A program made the translations under genes and the position numbers. The notes below the pieces were generated by a model that was not told where the DNA came from, made no database searches, and saw only the letters and a list, made by a program, of their open reading frames with translations. 64,000 bases of DNA from Oscillospiraceae bacterium (GTDB lineage Bacteria; Bacillota; Clostridia; Oscillospirales; Acutalibacteraceae). The stretch is from assembly GCA_003526845.1 (NCBI GenBank), contig DPVM01000008.1:47593-111592 (forward strand), read 5' to 3'. Below, piece after piece: positions 38,314-48,896 of the stretch (position 1 is its first letter; every line of letters begins with the position of its first letter).

Positions 38314-39485
38314 AACAAACCGATCTCCTTAAAATAGTCAAGTTCACGCTGTGCCGCCTCGAATGATTCGGCAGTGCCGATTTCAGCCACGGTCGATGCA
38401 ACAAAGTCGCGTCGATGCTTTAGGTTATAAAAAATTCTGCAAATCCAGGCAAGGGGAAGAAGCCGCGGCCTGCCGTTTATGAATTTGATGTACGGCAAAT
38501 CCTTCATCTTCGTGTATGATGGAAAAAGCAGTCTTAATTTCGTTTTGAATTTTGACGGTTTTTTGCCGCTTTCAAGCTCTTTGCGCTCAACAACTGCGGC
38601 AGTGTTTCTGTTTGCGTTGCCGAATGCGCCGAACGAGGACAAAAACTCCTCAGTCATTGATGTGTCGATACCGTAATCTTTGCCGCTGCCGAACCATTTA
38701 TTGCAAACCGTCAAAATCAATTTGGCAAACTCGCAAAGTCCGATATTGTCGAGAAATGCGAGCACCTCGTCATAATCAATATCAAATTTGCGCTCCATAA
38801 CCGCCAAATCAAGTATAAGCTTGATTCCTGCGCCGTAAAACCAAAAATGGTGCGCAATGTGAGTGATTAAATACGCAAAATGATAGCTTGGGTCGAACTT
38901 GCCGCGGTATTCGTCAAACTCGGCATAATTAATAGCGTCGAGAAAGCCGTTTTCCGCATTGCTGTTGCCGACTTTGCCGCTGATGATTTTTGTGTGCACC
39001 TCAATGAGCACGCCGTCCTTGACATAATCAAAAACGGGGCCGTTGGCATTTTTGATTTCAAATCCGCTGTTTAAAAGCGTCTGCTTTGTCAAATCACGGT
39101 TTTTTTCGTCGATAAGCACATCAATATCGCCCATAGCCCTTACCTCGGGAACGGGGTAGTATATGCGAATTTTGGCGCCCTTGAAAAAAACATGGCGTAT
39201 TTTGTTTTTGCAGAGCGCATCGTCAAGCTGTGTCATCACCTTTGTTTGGTCGTCAAAGCGCATTATCGTTTCATAAAAACCGTTTTCAAAAAGGCTGTAT
39301 ATATCGCTTGGCACAATATCTTTGTTTGCGGCGTTTTTGATTACGCTGAATGCAACGGCAATCAAATTTTGCTCCCTGCAAACAGAAAAGAGCCTTGAAT
39401 AATCAACGCTCTTATCAAGATTTAGTGTTTGCCGATTTAAATAAGCATTGCAAATTGATATTAAATATTTTTCTTCTCTATTCAT
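38310..39485 (-). CDS. Uncharacterised nucleotidyltransferase-family protein (NTP_transf_5-like).
   Basis: The Pol-beta-type NTase motif is GDIDVLIDEKNRD. The protein is 391 aa and overlaps the GH27 start by 4 nt. Confidence 0.5.
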   Translation of the reverse strand: MNREEKYLISICNAYLNRQTLNLDKSVDYSRLFSVCREQNLIAVAFSVIKNAANKDIVPSDIYSLFENGFYETIMRFDDQTKVMTQLDDALCKNKIRHVFFKGAKIRIYYPVPEVRAMGDIDVLIDEKNRDLTKQTLLNSGFEIKNANGPVFDYVKDGVLIEVHTKIISGKVGNSNAENGFLDAINYAEFDEYRGKFDPSYHFAYLITHIAHHFWFYGAGIKLILDLAVMERKFDIDYDEVLAFLDNIGLCEFAKLILTVCNKWFGSGKDYGIDTSMTEEFLSSFGAFGNANRNTAAVVERKELESGKKPSKFKTKLRLLFPSYTKMKDLPYIKFINGRPRLLPLAWICRIFYNLKHRRDFVASTVAEIGTAESFEAAQRELDYFKEIGLL

Positions 39486-39501
39486 TCTATTAATTAATGC
39501 T

Positions 39502-40218
39502 TTAAATATAATTGTTTTCGTTCAAAAAGGTATGAGCGGAGCTTAAAATGTTTTTGTCGTTGTCAAATTTCAAAAGGCTCATTGCTCTGTCATATGTCAG
39601 CCAAATATAATCCTCGATTTCCTCAGGCTGAATGACAGTATTTACATCCTTTGTTGTGCCGACAAAAATTGAAACCTGTTTTTCAATCTTGTCCTTAATT
39701 TTATATTTTGACACGCTTTCAAAGCCGTCGATTATATTAAGATGAATACCTGTTTCCTCAAGCACCTCGCGACATGCGGTTTGCTTTTTTGTTTCGCCCT
39801 TTTCGATATGACCTTTTGGAAAGCCCCAATGGGCAGAGCGCTTGTTTTTAATTAAAAGATAGCGCACCTCACCTCTAATATCTCTGAACACGACTGCGCC
39901 GCAACTGCTTTCGTAAAGACATTCAAGCGAATAGGTTGGAAAATCCTTTTTCAAATTAATATATTGCTTTATATCGTTGATAATGAAGCGGGTGCTTTTC
40001 GGAGCCACAATCCAAATGAATTTTTTGTTTCGTCTGTCGCTGAGAACGGCGATAACTCGTCCGTCAAAATTGCGAACAGGATGGTGTATTCCCATTATGA
40101 ATGCAGTTTGATTTTCGTTTGAATAAACTGTGCCGTAATTCAAAGGATAAGTGAAGCCCGCCCCATCATCAGAGCCGATTGGGTTTGTCACCCTGACTCT
40201 AACATATTTTCCGAGCAT
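39502..40218 (-). CDS. NUDIX hydrolase with an additional N-terminal domain of about 110 aa.
   Basis: The Nudix box is GFPKGHIEKGETKKQTACREVLEETGI. I chose the ATG at 40218 after a GGTGG RBS. The ORF-track GTG at 40263 sits only about 15 nt from a TATAAT -10 box at about 40283-40288. Confidence 0.65.
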   Translation of the reverse strand: MLGKYVRVRVTNPIGSDDGAGFTYPLNYGTVYSNENQTAFIMGIHHPVRNFDGRVIAVLSDRRNKKFIWIVAPKSTRFIINDIKQYINLKKDFPTYSLECLYESSCGAVVFRDIRGEVRYLLIKNKRSAHWGFPKGHIEKGETKKQTACREVLEETGIHLNIIDGFESVSKYKIKDKIEKQVSIFVGTTKDVNTVIQPEEIEDYIWLTYDRAMSLLKFDNDKNILSSAHTFLNENNYI

Positions 40219-40295
40219 TGTTTCACCACCGATAAATGCGGGTCGAAATTTGTCGCGACCCACAAAGATAACATAAATTTATTATACTAAAAAAA

Positions 40296-40322
40296 CGCCC
40301 TTGTTACAAGGGCATTTTTTAA
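40296..40322. terminator. Hairpin terminator.
   Basis: The stem is gcccttg / caagggc, with T-runs on both strands. Confidence 0.5.
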
Positions 40323-40418
40323 TTTATATATTATATCATTAATATATCGGCTGATTTGAAGCTAATTATTATAATTTATATATTATATAGTATTATTACA
40401 TTATATATAGGCACAAAA

Positions 40419-40450
40419 AAACAGCAGGTCTTTCGACCTGCCGTTTTTTG
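40419..40450 (-). terminator. Rho-independent terminator immediately 3' of the giant minus-strand gene.
   Basis: The stem is gcaggtc, loop tttc, gacctgc, followed by TTTTTT. Confidence 0.7.
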
Positions 40451-40469
40451 TTTAACTATCAGCTGTTAA

Positions 40470-43400
40470 TTAAGCAAGTGATTGAAGAAGATCAACCAAT
40501 TTCTTAATAACTGTGTCTGAATCGCCCTTAACCATTCCAAGTACCTGGCTGATGGTGTCTGATATACCGCTGTCTGCGCCGCCGATAAGTCCGCCGATGA
40601 GCTTAACGATTATATCGTAGTTGCCCTTGTAGTTGATTGTGTCAATCAAGTATCTGAGAACAGCGATAAGTGTTTCGTCTTGATCGGACTTAACATAAAT
40701 TCTGCTGCCGTGTGTTGCAGCCTGTGAAGCAGCGTTGAGAACAACTTTGCCGTGGCTTGCAAGTTCGAGCCAATCAATCTCAGGAAGCTCAAGACCGAGA
40801 GGTGAGCCTTTAATCTTGATGATTGGGAGAATCTTGTTGATAAGACCTACAACATTGTCTGCACCGATGAGCGGTTTGAGTGTGCCCTTAAGGTCATAAA
40901 TGTTAAGCTTAATGCCTAAGTTCAAGCCTGCCTTTGCAGTGAGCTTGTTGAGGTCAAAATTAAGTGCTTTAAGAAGAGCATTTACATCAACAACCGACTT
41001 AAGTGAATCAAGGAGAGATGATACTGCGGTGAGGAGATTGTCGATAACCTGGAGCAAACCGTCATTTGCAAAGAAGAGAGCAAGGTTTGGAAGAATGTCA
41101 GCAAGAGTTTCAACCGGAGCAAGGAGAATATCCTCTACCTTATCCATAAGAGGATTAAGGATGTCAAGAAGGATATTGTCATACTCGTTGAAGATATCTT
41201 CTCTGTACTGATATTGTGTTTTAACATTGTAGCAACCGAATGCCTCAAGGAGAGGAACGATTACTGATGAGTAGCCGTCTGAGCCCGGAACGCTTATAAG
41301 ATTGAATAAGCCGAGCGACTTGCTGTTGAGAAGAACATCAAGCACGCCGTAAATCGGACGAAGAACTGCTGTGAGTGCATGCAAGAAGCTTTGTCTGTCG
41401 GTTACGCCCCAAACGAGTGAGTTCTTGTTAACCTTTGACCAAGAACCTGCGTTCTTGATTACGCTTGCTGCTGCAGCATATGTCTTGCCGTACTTTTCAT
41501 TAGTAAGGAGTGACGCAACATTTGATGTTGAGAAGTCAATTCCTGTTTGAGCAAGTAAGGATGTGAGTGATGTTGAGTCGTTAATCTTAACGCCCTCAAC
41601 TGCTTTATAAAGACCTACAGCAAGTGAACTGATAATGTCATCTTTATAAACCATATCGGTTACAAGACCGAGGAGACCGCCCTTGTCTGTGAGAAGGCCT
41701 GTTACGAGACCGTCAAGCATCGGAGCAAGTGTGCGGCAGAAGTCCTCATCAAGGTCGCCGAATGTAAAGCTGCTGTCCTTATACTTGAAGTTTGTGTAGT
41801 CGAAGAATACATTGTTTGCCTGACCGTTCAAGAGATAGAATACTGTGTGAACGAGGTCATCCTGACCTGCAATACCAAGCTGGTTGAATACAACTGTCAA
41901 AATGCTTGATACTGTCTTGTTGGCGCTGAGCTTAATATGCTTCTTCTTGTCTGTTTCAATGTTAAGGATAATCTTCTTGATAGCGTTGTGATTCTTATTG
42001 AGTACCTTTGAAAGGTATCTAAGAACTGTGATAAGAACCTTGCCTTGGTCAGCCTTAACTTGCTTTGTTGTGTATTTGCCGTTTGCATTCTTGGCTGCAC
42101 TTGATTTAGTGCTGATTGTGCCGAGACTTGCAATCTTAGCAAAGCTGATGCTCGGGATTTTAATTCCGGTTTTCTTGATAAGTGAATTTACAAGAGGAAC
42201 AATGATGTCCTGAATGTTGCACTTTTCAAGGTGTGTAAGCTCAAGATGGAAGTCAACCTTGAGGTCGAGGAGGTTGGTTACTAACTCGCCGAGGTCGCCG
42301 CCTGTGAGTTGCTTGATAATCTTGTCAACATTGATGCCGTGCTTGCTGAGAATTCCGAGGATTCCGTTCTTGGCAGTAATCGGAGCAAGGAGATTACCTA
42401 CAACCTGAGCGATACCGTTGCTTTCGATGAAGTAAGCAACATTAGGAAGTACCTTTGAGATTGTGTCAAACGGAGCGTCTACTGCGTCGCCAACAAATGA
42501 AACGATTGGGTTAAAGATGTTGATGAGAAGGTTATCTTTTGCCTTCTTGTAATCTTTCTTGTACTGTGAGTATGTTTTAACATTGTCGCACATAAATGCT
42601 TCAAGTACAGGAATGATTGCGCTTTCGTATCCGTTTGTGCCGAAGTTAAGTGTTGAGTTCTTGTCAATCATTGACTGAATTTGGTTGATAACCGAATTGA
42701 GGTCAAACTTAACTACATTTGTAACATTTTTGTGATTTGAGCCGGTCTTTACATTGCTTCTTACATCAAGTTCAACAACGCCGTTCTTGATAATGTAAGT
42801 AAGCTTGCAGCCGTATTCGCTGTCCTTTGCAATGTTTGTAGAGCCTTTAACATTAATTGCTTTAAGGACTCCCTTAAGGTCGGTATTCTTGAGAGAAAGA
42901 GTACCCTCTGCAAGGAAAATTGAAAGTACATCGTTAAGAGGACGAAGTACAGCGGCAAGGCCGTTTACAAATCCTTCTTTAGCCTTTGATGAGCCGTTTG
43001 AGAAGCCCCAGTTGAGTGACTTAACCTTTTTCCAGCTCTTTGTCTTCTTAAGAGTTGCAGCTGCGGTTGAATATGTTCTGCCGTAGCTCTTGTCTGTAAG
43101 ATAATGAGCGATACCCTTTGTTGAAACATCAATTCCGATTGCGTCAAAAACATTTGCAACTGTGTCGTTACCGTCAAGCGCACCGTAAAGTGTTGTTGCA
43201 AGTTTTGTAAGGTTTTCGTTAGTGTAAAGGTTATCGTTTACAAGTGCGCCCAATCCCTTAATGTCGGTTACGCCGAGGCTGTTAAGGAGCGGGAATACAT
43301 TTTCAACAAGGCTGTCAAGCTGCTTAACAGCGTCGTTAGCGTCGCTTGATGTGATGCCTGTCGGATATGTAAATGATTTGCTGAACTTTGATGCATACTC

Positions 43401-46400
43401 GCTGAATGTCCAATAAACATCAGTCGGGTTTTGAACAGAGTTAATAACTTCTGTTACAATGTTGAGAATTTCGGCAGCCGAAAGATTCTTCAAAATCTTC
43501 GAGATTGCCGGATTCAATCCATCAAGAAGTGCCATGATTTGGTCTGATGTAAGAACTGTGTCAACAACATAGCCGTAAACGAGGAGAAGTACCTCTGCCG
43601 GTGATGAAGCGTTGGCAAGTTTAGACCAATTAATGTTCGGTAATGTGAATACACCGCCGATGAGACCGTTGATTGCTGTTACAAGAACATTTTTCTTCGG
43701 AAGTGAAATAAGCTGTCTGATTCCGCCGCCTAAGAATTTATCGTCTGTTGTATCCTTCTTGGTGTCTTTACCTGCAATTTGAACATTTGCAATGACATCT
43801 GCGAAGGTCGGTGAAAGATATTTAACAATATCAATCAAGCCGGTGACATGTTTGTCAATCGGAGTGATTGCCGCGTTGACAATGTTTGTTACATGTTTGT
43901 CGTCAAGCACACCTGCAAGTCCTTTGACTACATTGAGAAGGAATGATACAGGTGCATCATACATTTTATCAACAATGTTTGCCATAGGAGTAAGGATACC
44001 GGTGATAAGCTGATCAGGAGCAGAAAGCTTGTTGAACTGTGATGCGCTGATAACGCCGCTTGCGCCGGTTGCCTTTGCAATGCTGCTCATAACAGGTTGA
44101 ACGATTGCACTGTAATAGTTGCCGCCGTTGTTGTCTGTTTGAGTCCTTGTGAGAAGAACGCTTACGATTGATGCGATTCCGCTTACTGACTCGCCGAGAG
44201 CATCATAGAATGCTTTCTTATCGCCGTTCTTAAAGCCAAACTTCAGGTAGTCTTTCTTCCAGGAGCTTGATTTTGTATTGGCTGCGGTGATTTCTACCTT
44301 AAATGAATTCCAGTTACGGTAATCTTCACCTTTAAGAATATCTGCTGTCTTAGAGTAATCATCACTGAGTCTTACTGCAACTGCGTCCGGTGAAATCAAT
44401 CCGTAAACCGCATCACCGATGAGCATGTTAGGATCTTTCGACTTCAACACGCCTGTTTCGCTGTTGTAGAATACATAATCCACAACATTTTCAATAAGTG
44501 AATATGTCTGAATTACGAGGTTTGAAAGGTTTGCAGAGGTGTAAACCTGCTTTGCGTTAACATCGCCGGACTTAGTAGCCTTTGTGCCTACCTGACCCTT
44601 TTTACTCGGAGAAACTTTGCTTTCTCCCGATACAAAGTAGAGGTAGTTGTTGAGCAATCTGACAACATCGTTGGTGTTTTTACCGCCGAAGTAGCCTGAT
44701 GCGAATGAAACCAATCCCGATAACAGGTTCTCTGTTGAATCCAAGTCAAAACCGTTGATAGAAGTGTTTGCAAGGAGAGATGAAAGTAATTTGTCGAGAG
44801 CATCAATAAGTGCCTGCGCGTTTTTCGTATTTGTTTTTGAGAGAAGTTTGCTGTAATCTGTACCTGCGGCAGATTTCTTTGATGCTGTAAGGTAAGGTGT
44901 AATGCCCTTTGCGCTTGAGCCGAGTGCATTGCCTACATTATAGCTGTTCTTAGTCTTGCTGCCTTTGATAAGCGTCATTACAACAGGGATGATACCTCTT
45001 GATTCGCCGTCCTTCTTAAACTGAAGGTTTGAAAGGAGGTAGAAACCGCTTTCATTGCTGAAGCCGCAGAATTTTGTCGTTTCTCTCTGTTTAAGAGTGA
45101 ACGATGCTGTATCTGTGCGCTTGAGCTGGAACAAACCGTTGAGCACATCTGTGATGATGCTCTTTTCGCCCAAACCGCCGAGTGAGTCAAGCAAGCCCTG
45201 AACAAGCGGAAGTTTTGAGGTGATGTCGTTGTTCTCATCTGAAAGCGTATCATTGAGAAGGTCAATGATTGCATTCAACCAGTTGCCGACTAATGTGTCA
45301 ACAAATGAATCCAATACTGCGGTAGAGTTGAATGTGCCATCAGCGTTCTTACCCGTTGCAGTGTCTTTAAATGCTTGAAGATTTGCGTTAATCTTTTGAT
45401 TAACAGTTCCGTTTGTAAACGTTTTGCTGATGTTCTTCATCTTGCCGTTGTACAAATATGTCCAATCGGATTTGATATTGTACTTAGCGATGAAGTTCTT
45501 GCCCATATTGTCAAGAATTTCCGGAAGAGCAACAAAAATGTTATTAAGACCCTTTTGTGTTACTTCTGCTGCTGCTGTATATTCAGCGTTGTATCTGAGA
45601 TCCGGATTTTCCTTTTGGTCTGCAAGATACTGTTCAACAGCTTGGGTAGCGAATGAGGCAAGCTCTGTTACGATTTCGTCGATGCCCTTTGCTGTCTTAT
45701 CGTATGATGAGTCATACTTTGTATTGTTAGCGGCGCATTCCTCTTTCTTCTTGTTGATAAGAGCTTTTGCAAGTCCGCCGTTTAAGTGTGCACCGTAGAG
45801 AGCCTTATCCGCAACATAGATATTTGTGAATCTCGGAATGTCGCTGTGCTCTGTGTTGTAAGGAGCTTCGTCATAATAGCCGAACATATCTTTGAAATAT
45901 GCTTCGTCCTTATCGCCGAGTAACCAGTGAAGTATACCCGGAACAATTTTGTTGAGGTCAAAACGAAGTGCACCGATACCAACCTCTGTATCGCCAACCG
46001 ATTGTGAGTATTTAGTAAGAATACCTTTGCCGGTGCAAAGAATGCCATAAAGGTCAAGAAGTGGTTTTGCATCATCGTCTGCGTTGAATAACAACGGAAC
46101 AACAAGCTCATCAAGTGCGATAGTGATTGTCGGGAGCAATTTGAATATTGTTGCTACCGGGTCGTTATAGAGGTCAAGCCAAATGTCTTTAAGAGTTTCG
46201 GCAACATCAATGTCTGTTTCAAACAAACTGCTGATGATACCACCGATGTCAAGACTATCAAGGCTGAATCCGCCGTCGTTGTTATTGTTGTTGCCGCTGT
46301 CGCCTTTTTTCTCCAAAAGTTTAACGATTTTATCGTTGAGCAGCGAGTTTGTTGCATAAACGATTAAGCTGTCCGGAATTTTATAATCGTTGTAATTGTA

Positions 46401-48059
46401 GCTGTACTTGCTGAGATCGTCTTTGTAGTAGCTTACAAACTCAATATAGCTTGAGAGATATACCGAGCAGTCATATGCACCGAAAACAGTGCCAAGTGGT
46501 GATGACTGGTTTGCAGCAGGAGCAAACTCGGTTTTTACAACATAACCGGGGACCATATAGTTTATCAAATCAACAAATGTAAGATCGTCTGTGAGAGAGC
46601 CGTACTGCATTTTATATGAGCCGGTGTATTTCCAGTTCATCAAATCGTCAACATTGTCTGTTGATTGTGCAAGACGAACAAAAGGAATAAGATATTGTTT
46701 ATAATCCTTATGGTCTGATATTGCTCTCAAATACTCTTTTGCGGGTGTGCTGAATGTGCAACTGCTCGAATTGAGGAATTCGGCAAAGTAAACAGTTTCG
46801 TCTCCGTTTGGTTTGTTGTCCTTAACATAGTCAAGGAAAGACTGCATTTGTGCTTTTGTGATGTTGTACTTGTCGTCAATTTCCTTTGAGTTCTTATACA
46901 AGCCCGATGCAATAAGCACGCCTTTTGCATATTCACTGTAGTAGTCGGTAGGGAATTTGTTTTGAGTGAATTGAGTGCCTTGTGCAGTAAAGAAAGCATA
47001 GACCGTCATCGAGATATTTATATCTCTGTACTCTTCCCAACGGGATTTGTCTGTGTCGGACATTTTGCTGTAGTCCTGACCGTTATCGGTGCAAAATTGC
47101 TCAATCGGAAAGAGCGGTCTTAAAACTTTGAGATAGTTTTTAGGAGTAAGTACGGTCTTTGTGGTTCCGCCGAACTCTTCGTCAGTGATTTTCAGTCCAC
47201 CCATATTGGTAAGACCTAAAAGCTGTTTAGCGGTTAAGTCAAATATGCCATCACCGTAGAAAAGATAAAGTGCATCTGCAAGAGTTTTAACGCCGTCATC
47301 TGCACCCGAAACCTTATACATTGTGTTCATGTATTTGATAACAATGTCCAAGTCCGGATCTTTGATGTCTTTAATTTTTGTGCCTTTGTATTTGGCATTT
47401 TCGATATCGTATTTGGTAACAATGCCGTCTTTTGTTTCGGTAGGAACAGCCTGAGCGTATTCGTTCTCATACTTATCGTAACCTGTAGCAAATTCCGTAA
47501 GCCTGTCAGTTTGCACATTTGTAAATACATTTCTGAGCGTGGTGAGTTTCGGAAGTGTTTCTCGTGCATATTTTTTAAGTTCTTCGTTTGAGGAATTTTG
47601 ATTTTGCGAACAGAACTGATATAATGCATAGAAATTCATTGCATTGTTGCCGTCACCGTTAAGATATGCGTAGTTAAAGTTTGTGTTCATACCGGCATTT
47701 GCGTTTTCGCCCAAAACATCGCCGATATTGGCGCTGCTGCCGAGTGCACCCAAAACTGTCGGTGACACACCTACTACCAAATCTTTAATGGTTGTGCTCG
47801 AGGTAACGGTCATGCCGAGTTTGTCCTCAAGCAGGCTCTTGACTTTCGGTATATTCAGCAATTGCGGGATATACTCGTCAACCAAGTCATTAAGTGAACT
47901 GTATGCAGCTGTTGCATCAGTTCCGTTTGACCAATAGTCGTTGTTGCTGTCGGTCTTATTCTTGTCCGCGGCAAATGCCGTGAAGCCGACAGAACAGCTC
48001 GTAATGATCATGACCAGAGCCAAAAACAGGCTCAGGAATTTTTTGCTCGTTTTTTTCAT
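40470..48059 (-). CDS. Giant secreted protein of 2529 aa, function unknown. It has a signal peptide with an AFA-A cleavage site and an internal repeat of about 450 aa. I cannot recognise a catalytic or anchoring domain.
   Basis: A single uninterrupted 7.6-kb ORF with an RBS (AAGGAGAG) before MKKTSKKFLSLFLALVMIITSCSVGFTAFA-ADKNK. Coding-like composition holds throughout. Confidence 0.85.
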   Translation of the reverse strand: MKKTSKKFLSLFLALVMIITSCSVGFTAFAADKNKTDSNNDYWSNGTDATAAYSSLNDLVDEYIPQLLNIPKVKSLLEDKLGMTVTSSTTIKDLVVGVSPTVLGALGSSANIGDVLGENANAGMNTNFNYAYLNGDGNNAMNFYALYQFCSQNQNSSNEELKKYARETLPKLTTLRNVFTNVQTDRLTEFATGYDKYENEYAQAVPTETKDGIVTKYDIENAKYKGTKIKDIKDPDLDIVIKYMNTMYKVSGADDGVKTLADALYLFYGDGIFDLTAKQLLGLTNMGGLKITDEEFGGTTKTVLTPKNYLKVLRPLFPIEQFCTDNGQDYSKMSDTDKSRWEEYRDINISMTVYAFFTAQGTQFTQNKFPTDYYSEYAKGVLIASGLYKNSKEIDDKYNITKAQMQSFLDYVKDNKPNGDETVYFAEFLNSSSCTFSTPAKEYLRAISDHKDYKQYLIPFVRLAQSTDNVDDLMNWKYTGSYKMQYGSLTDDLTFVDLINYMVPGYVVKTEFAPAANQSSPLGTVFGAYDCSVYLSSYIEFVSYYKDDLSKYSYNYNDYKIPDSLIVYATNSLLNDKIVKLLEKKGDSGNNNNNDGGFSLDSLDIGGIISSLFETDIDVAETLKDIWLDLYNDPVATIFKLLPTITIALDELVVPLLFNADDDAKPLLDLYGILCTGKGILTKYSQSVGDTEVGIGALRFDLNKIVPGILHWLLGDKDEAYFKDMFGYYDEAPYNTEHSDIPRFTNIYVADKALYGAHLNGGLAKALINKKKEECAANNTKYDSSYDKTAKGIDEIVTELASFATQAVEQYLADQKENPDLRYNAEYTAAAEVTQKGLNNIFVALPEILDNMGKNFIAKYNIKSDWTYLYNGKMKNISKTFTNGTVNQKINANLQAFKDTATGKNADGTFNSTAVLDSFVDTLVGNWLNAIIDLLNDTLSDENNDITSKLPLVQGLLDSLGGLGEKSIITDVLNGLFQLKRTDTASFTLKQRETTKFCGFSNESGFYLLSNLQFKKDGESRGIIPVVMTLIKGSKTKNSYNVGNALGSSAKGITPYLTASKKSAAGTDYSKLLSKTNTKNAQALIDALDKLLSSLLANTSINGFDLDSTENLLSGLVSFASGYFGGKNTNDVVRLLNNYLYFVSGESKVSPSKKGQVGTKATKSGDVNAKQVYTSANLSNLVIQTYSLIENVVDYVFYNSETGVLKSKDPNMLIGDAVYGLISPDAVAVRLSDDYSKTADILKGEDYRNWNSFKVEITAANTKSSSWKKDYLKFGFKNGDKKAFYDALGESVSGIASIVSVLLTRTQTDNNGGNYYSAIVQPVMSSIAKATGASGVISASQFNKLSAPDQLITGILTPMANIVDKMYDAPVSFLLNVVKGLAGVLDDKHVTNIVNAAITPIDKHVTGLIDIVKYLSPTFADVIANVQIAGKDTKKDTTDDKFLGGGIRQLISLPKKNVLVTAINGLIGGVFTLPNINWSKLANASSPAEVLLLVYGYVVDTVLTSDQIMALLDGLNPAISKILKNLSAAEILNIVTEVINSVQNPTDVYWTFSEYASKFSKSFTYPTGITSSDANDAVKQLDSLVENVFPLLNSLGVTDIKGLGALVNDNLYTNENLTKLATTLYGALDGNDTVANVFDAIGIDVSTKGIAHYLTDKSYGRTYSTAAATLKKTKSWKKVKSLNWGFSNGSSKAKEGFVNGLAAVLRPLNDVLSIFLAEGTLSLKNTDLKGVLKAINVKGSTNIAKDSEYGCKLTYIIKNGVVELDVRSNVKTGSNHKNVTNVVKFDLNSVINQIQSMIDKNSTLNFGTNGYESAIIPVLEAFMCDNVKTYSQYKKDYKKAKDNLLINIFNPIVSFVGDAVDAPFDTISKVLPNVAYFIESNGIAQVVGNLLAPITAKNGILGILSKHGINVDKIIKQLTGGDLGELVTNLLDLKVDFHLELTHLEKCNIQDIIVPLVNSLIKKTGIKIPSISFAKIASLGTISTKSSAAKNANGKYTTKQVKADQGKVLITVLRYLSKVLNKNHNAIKKIILNIETDKKKHIKLSANKTVSSILTVVFNQLGIAGQDDLVHTVFYLLNGQANNVFFDYTNFKYKDSSFTFGDLDEDFCRTLAPMLDGLVTGLLTDKGGLLGLVTDMVYKDDIISSLAVGLYKAVEGVKINDSTSLTSLLAQTGIDFSTSNVASLLTNEKYGKTYAAAASVIKNAGSWSKVNKNSLVWGVTDRQSFLHALTAVLRPIYGVLDVLLNSKSLGLFNLISVPGSDGYSSVIVPLLEAFGCYNVKTQYQYREDIFNEYDNILLDILNPLMDKVEDILLAPVETLADILPNLALFFANDGLLQVIDNLLTAVSSLLDSLKSVVDVNALLKALNFDLNKLTAKAGLNLGIKLNIYDLKGTLKPLIGADNVVGLINKILPIIKIKGSPLGLELPEIDWLELASHGKVVLNAASQAATHGSRIYVKSDQDETLIAVLRYLIDTINYKGNYDIIVKLIGGLIGGADSGISDTISQVLGMVKGDSDTVIKKLVDLLQSLA

Positions 48060-48859
48060 AATCATCTCTCCTTTTTTCTAATGATTAACACTATTTGCAG
48101 CAAATTATTAAAACATAATAGCCGTTTTCGTGCCTAATTGCACAAGGAGAAGAACGCCCAATCTTTTGATTTTTGAGCGCAAAGTTCCCTTGTGAACGAA
48201 CAATTCATTTATATTTATACCAAATAAATATTTAAAAGTCAATAGAATTTTAAATATTTTTTAATAATTTATTAATTCAATATTATTTATGAATAAATAC
48301 AGTTATATTCATTATTATAATATTAATAACATATTATGTCATCTGATATTCTTTGCTTGGTTGCAGATACGGAGAAATTTTGAACTGCTACTTAAAAAAG
48401 ATATAAACATTTTGCAAAAAATTATTGAAAAAGCTGTTTGCAACGACTGACTAATAACACACTTCTACATGTTGTTTTTATCAAATGATAATCGCAGCCG
48501 AAACACAACATACGGACACTGTAAAGGCAATGAGTTGACCGAATTGAACAGCTGTAAAGTCTAACAGCATTACATTTTACTCATTTCAAAATGTGTAAAA
48601 TAAATCCGCAAACAAAATGTAAAATAATTATTAACAAATTGTAAATTTTAATCAGCGGATAATCAACATTCGGCTGCTAATTTGACGGAAAAATGCGAAA
48701 TTTGCAACCTTTGGGCAAATTTGACTATACATTCGCCCATTTTGTGAACAAATTATGTAAAAAAATAATTGACTTTTGACGGTTTGATATGTTTTAATAT
48801 ATATGCGTGATATGCGCTATTGTGTTCAACTGTTTGTGAACACACTTGTTCCTCAGTCT

Positions 48860-48896
48860 ATTGCGAATTTGTCGCAATGGGTCAGAGATTGCGACA
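48860..48896. promoter_or_regulatory. Candidate operator: palindrome ATTGCGAATTTGTCGCAAT plus a third half-site ATTGCGACA, about 60-90 bp upstream of the 2170-aa gene.
   Basis: A perfect 7-bp inverted repeat with a 5-bp spacer lies at 48860-48878. The related half-site is at 48888-48896, within an 886-bp AT-rich divergent intergenic region. Confidence 0.35.

Noticed and set aside
40900-47937. Numerous 60-110-aa ORFs on both strands inside the 2529-aa gene
   Set aside because: They are out-of-frame or antisense artefacts of a long, uninterrupted, coding-biased ORF.
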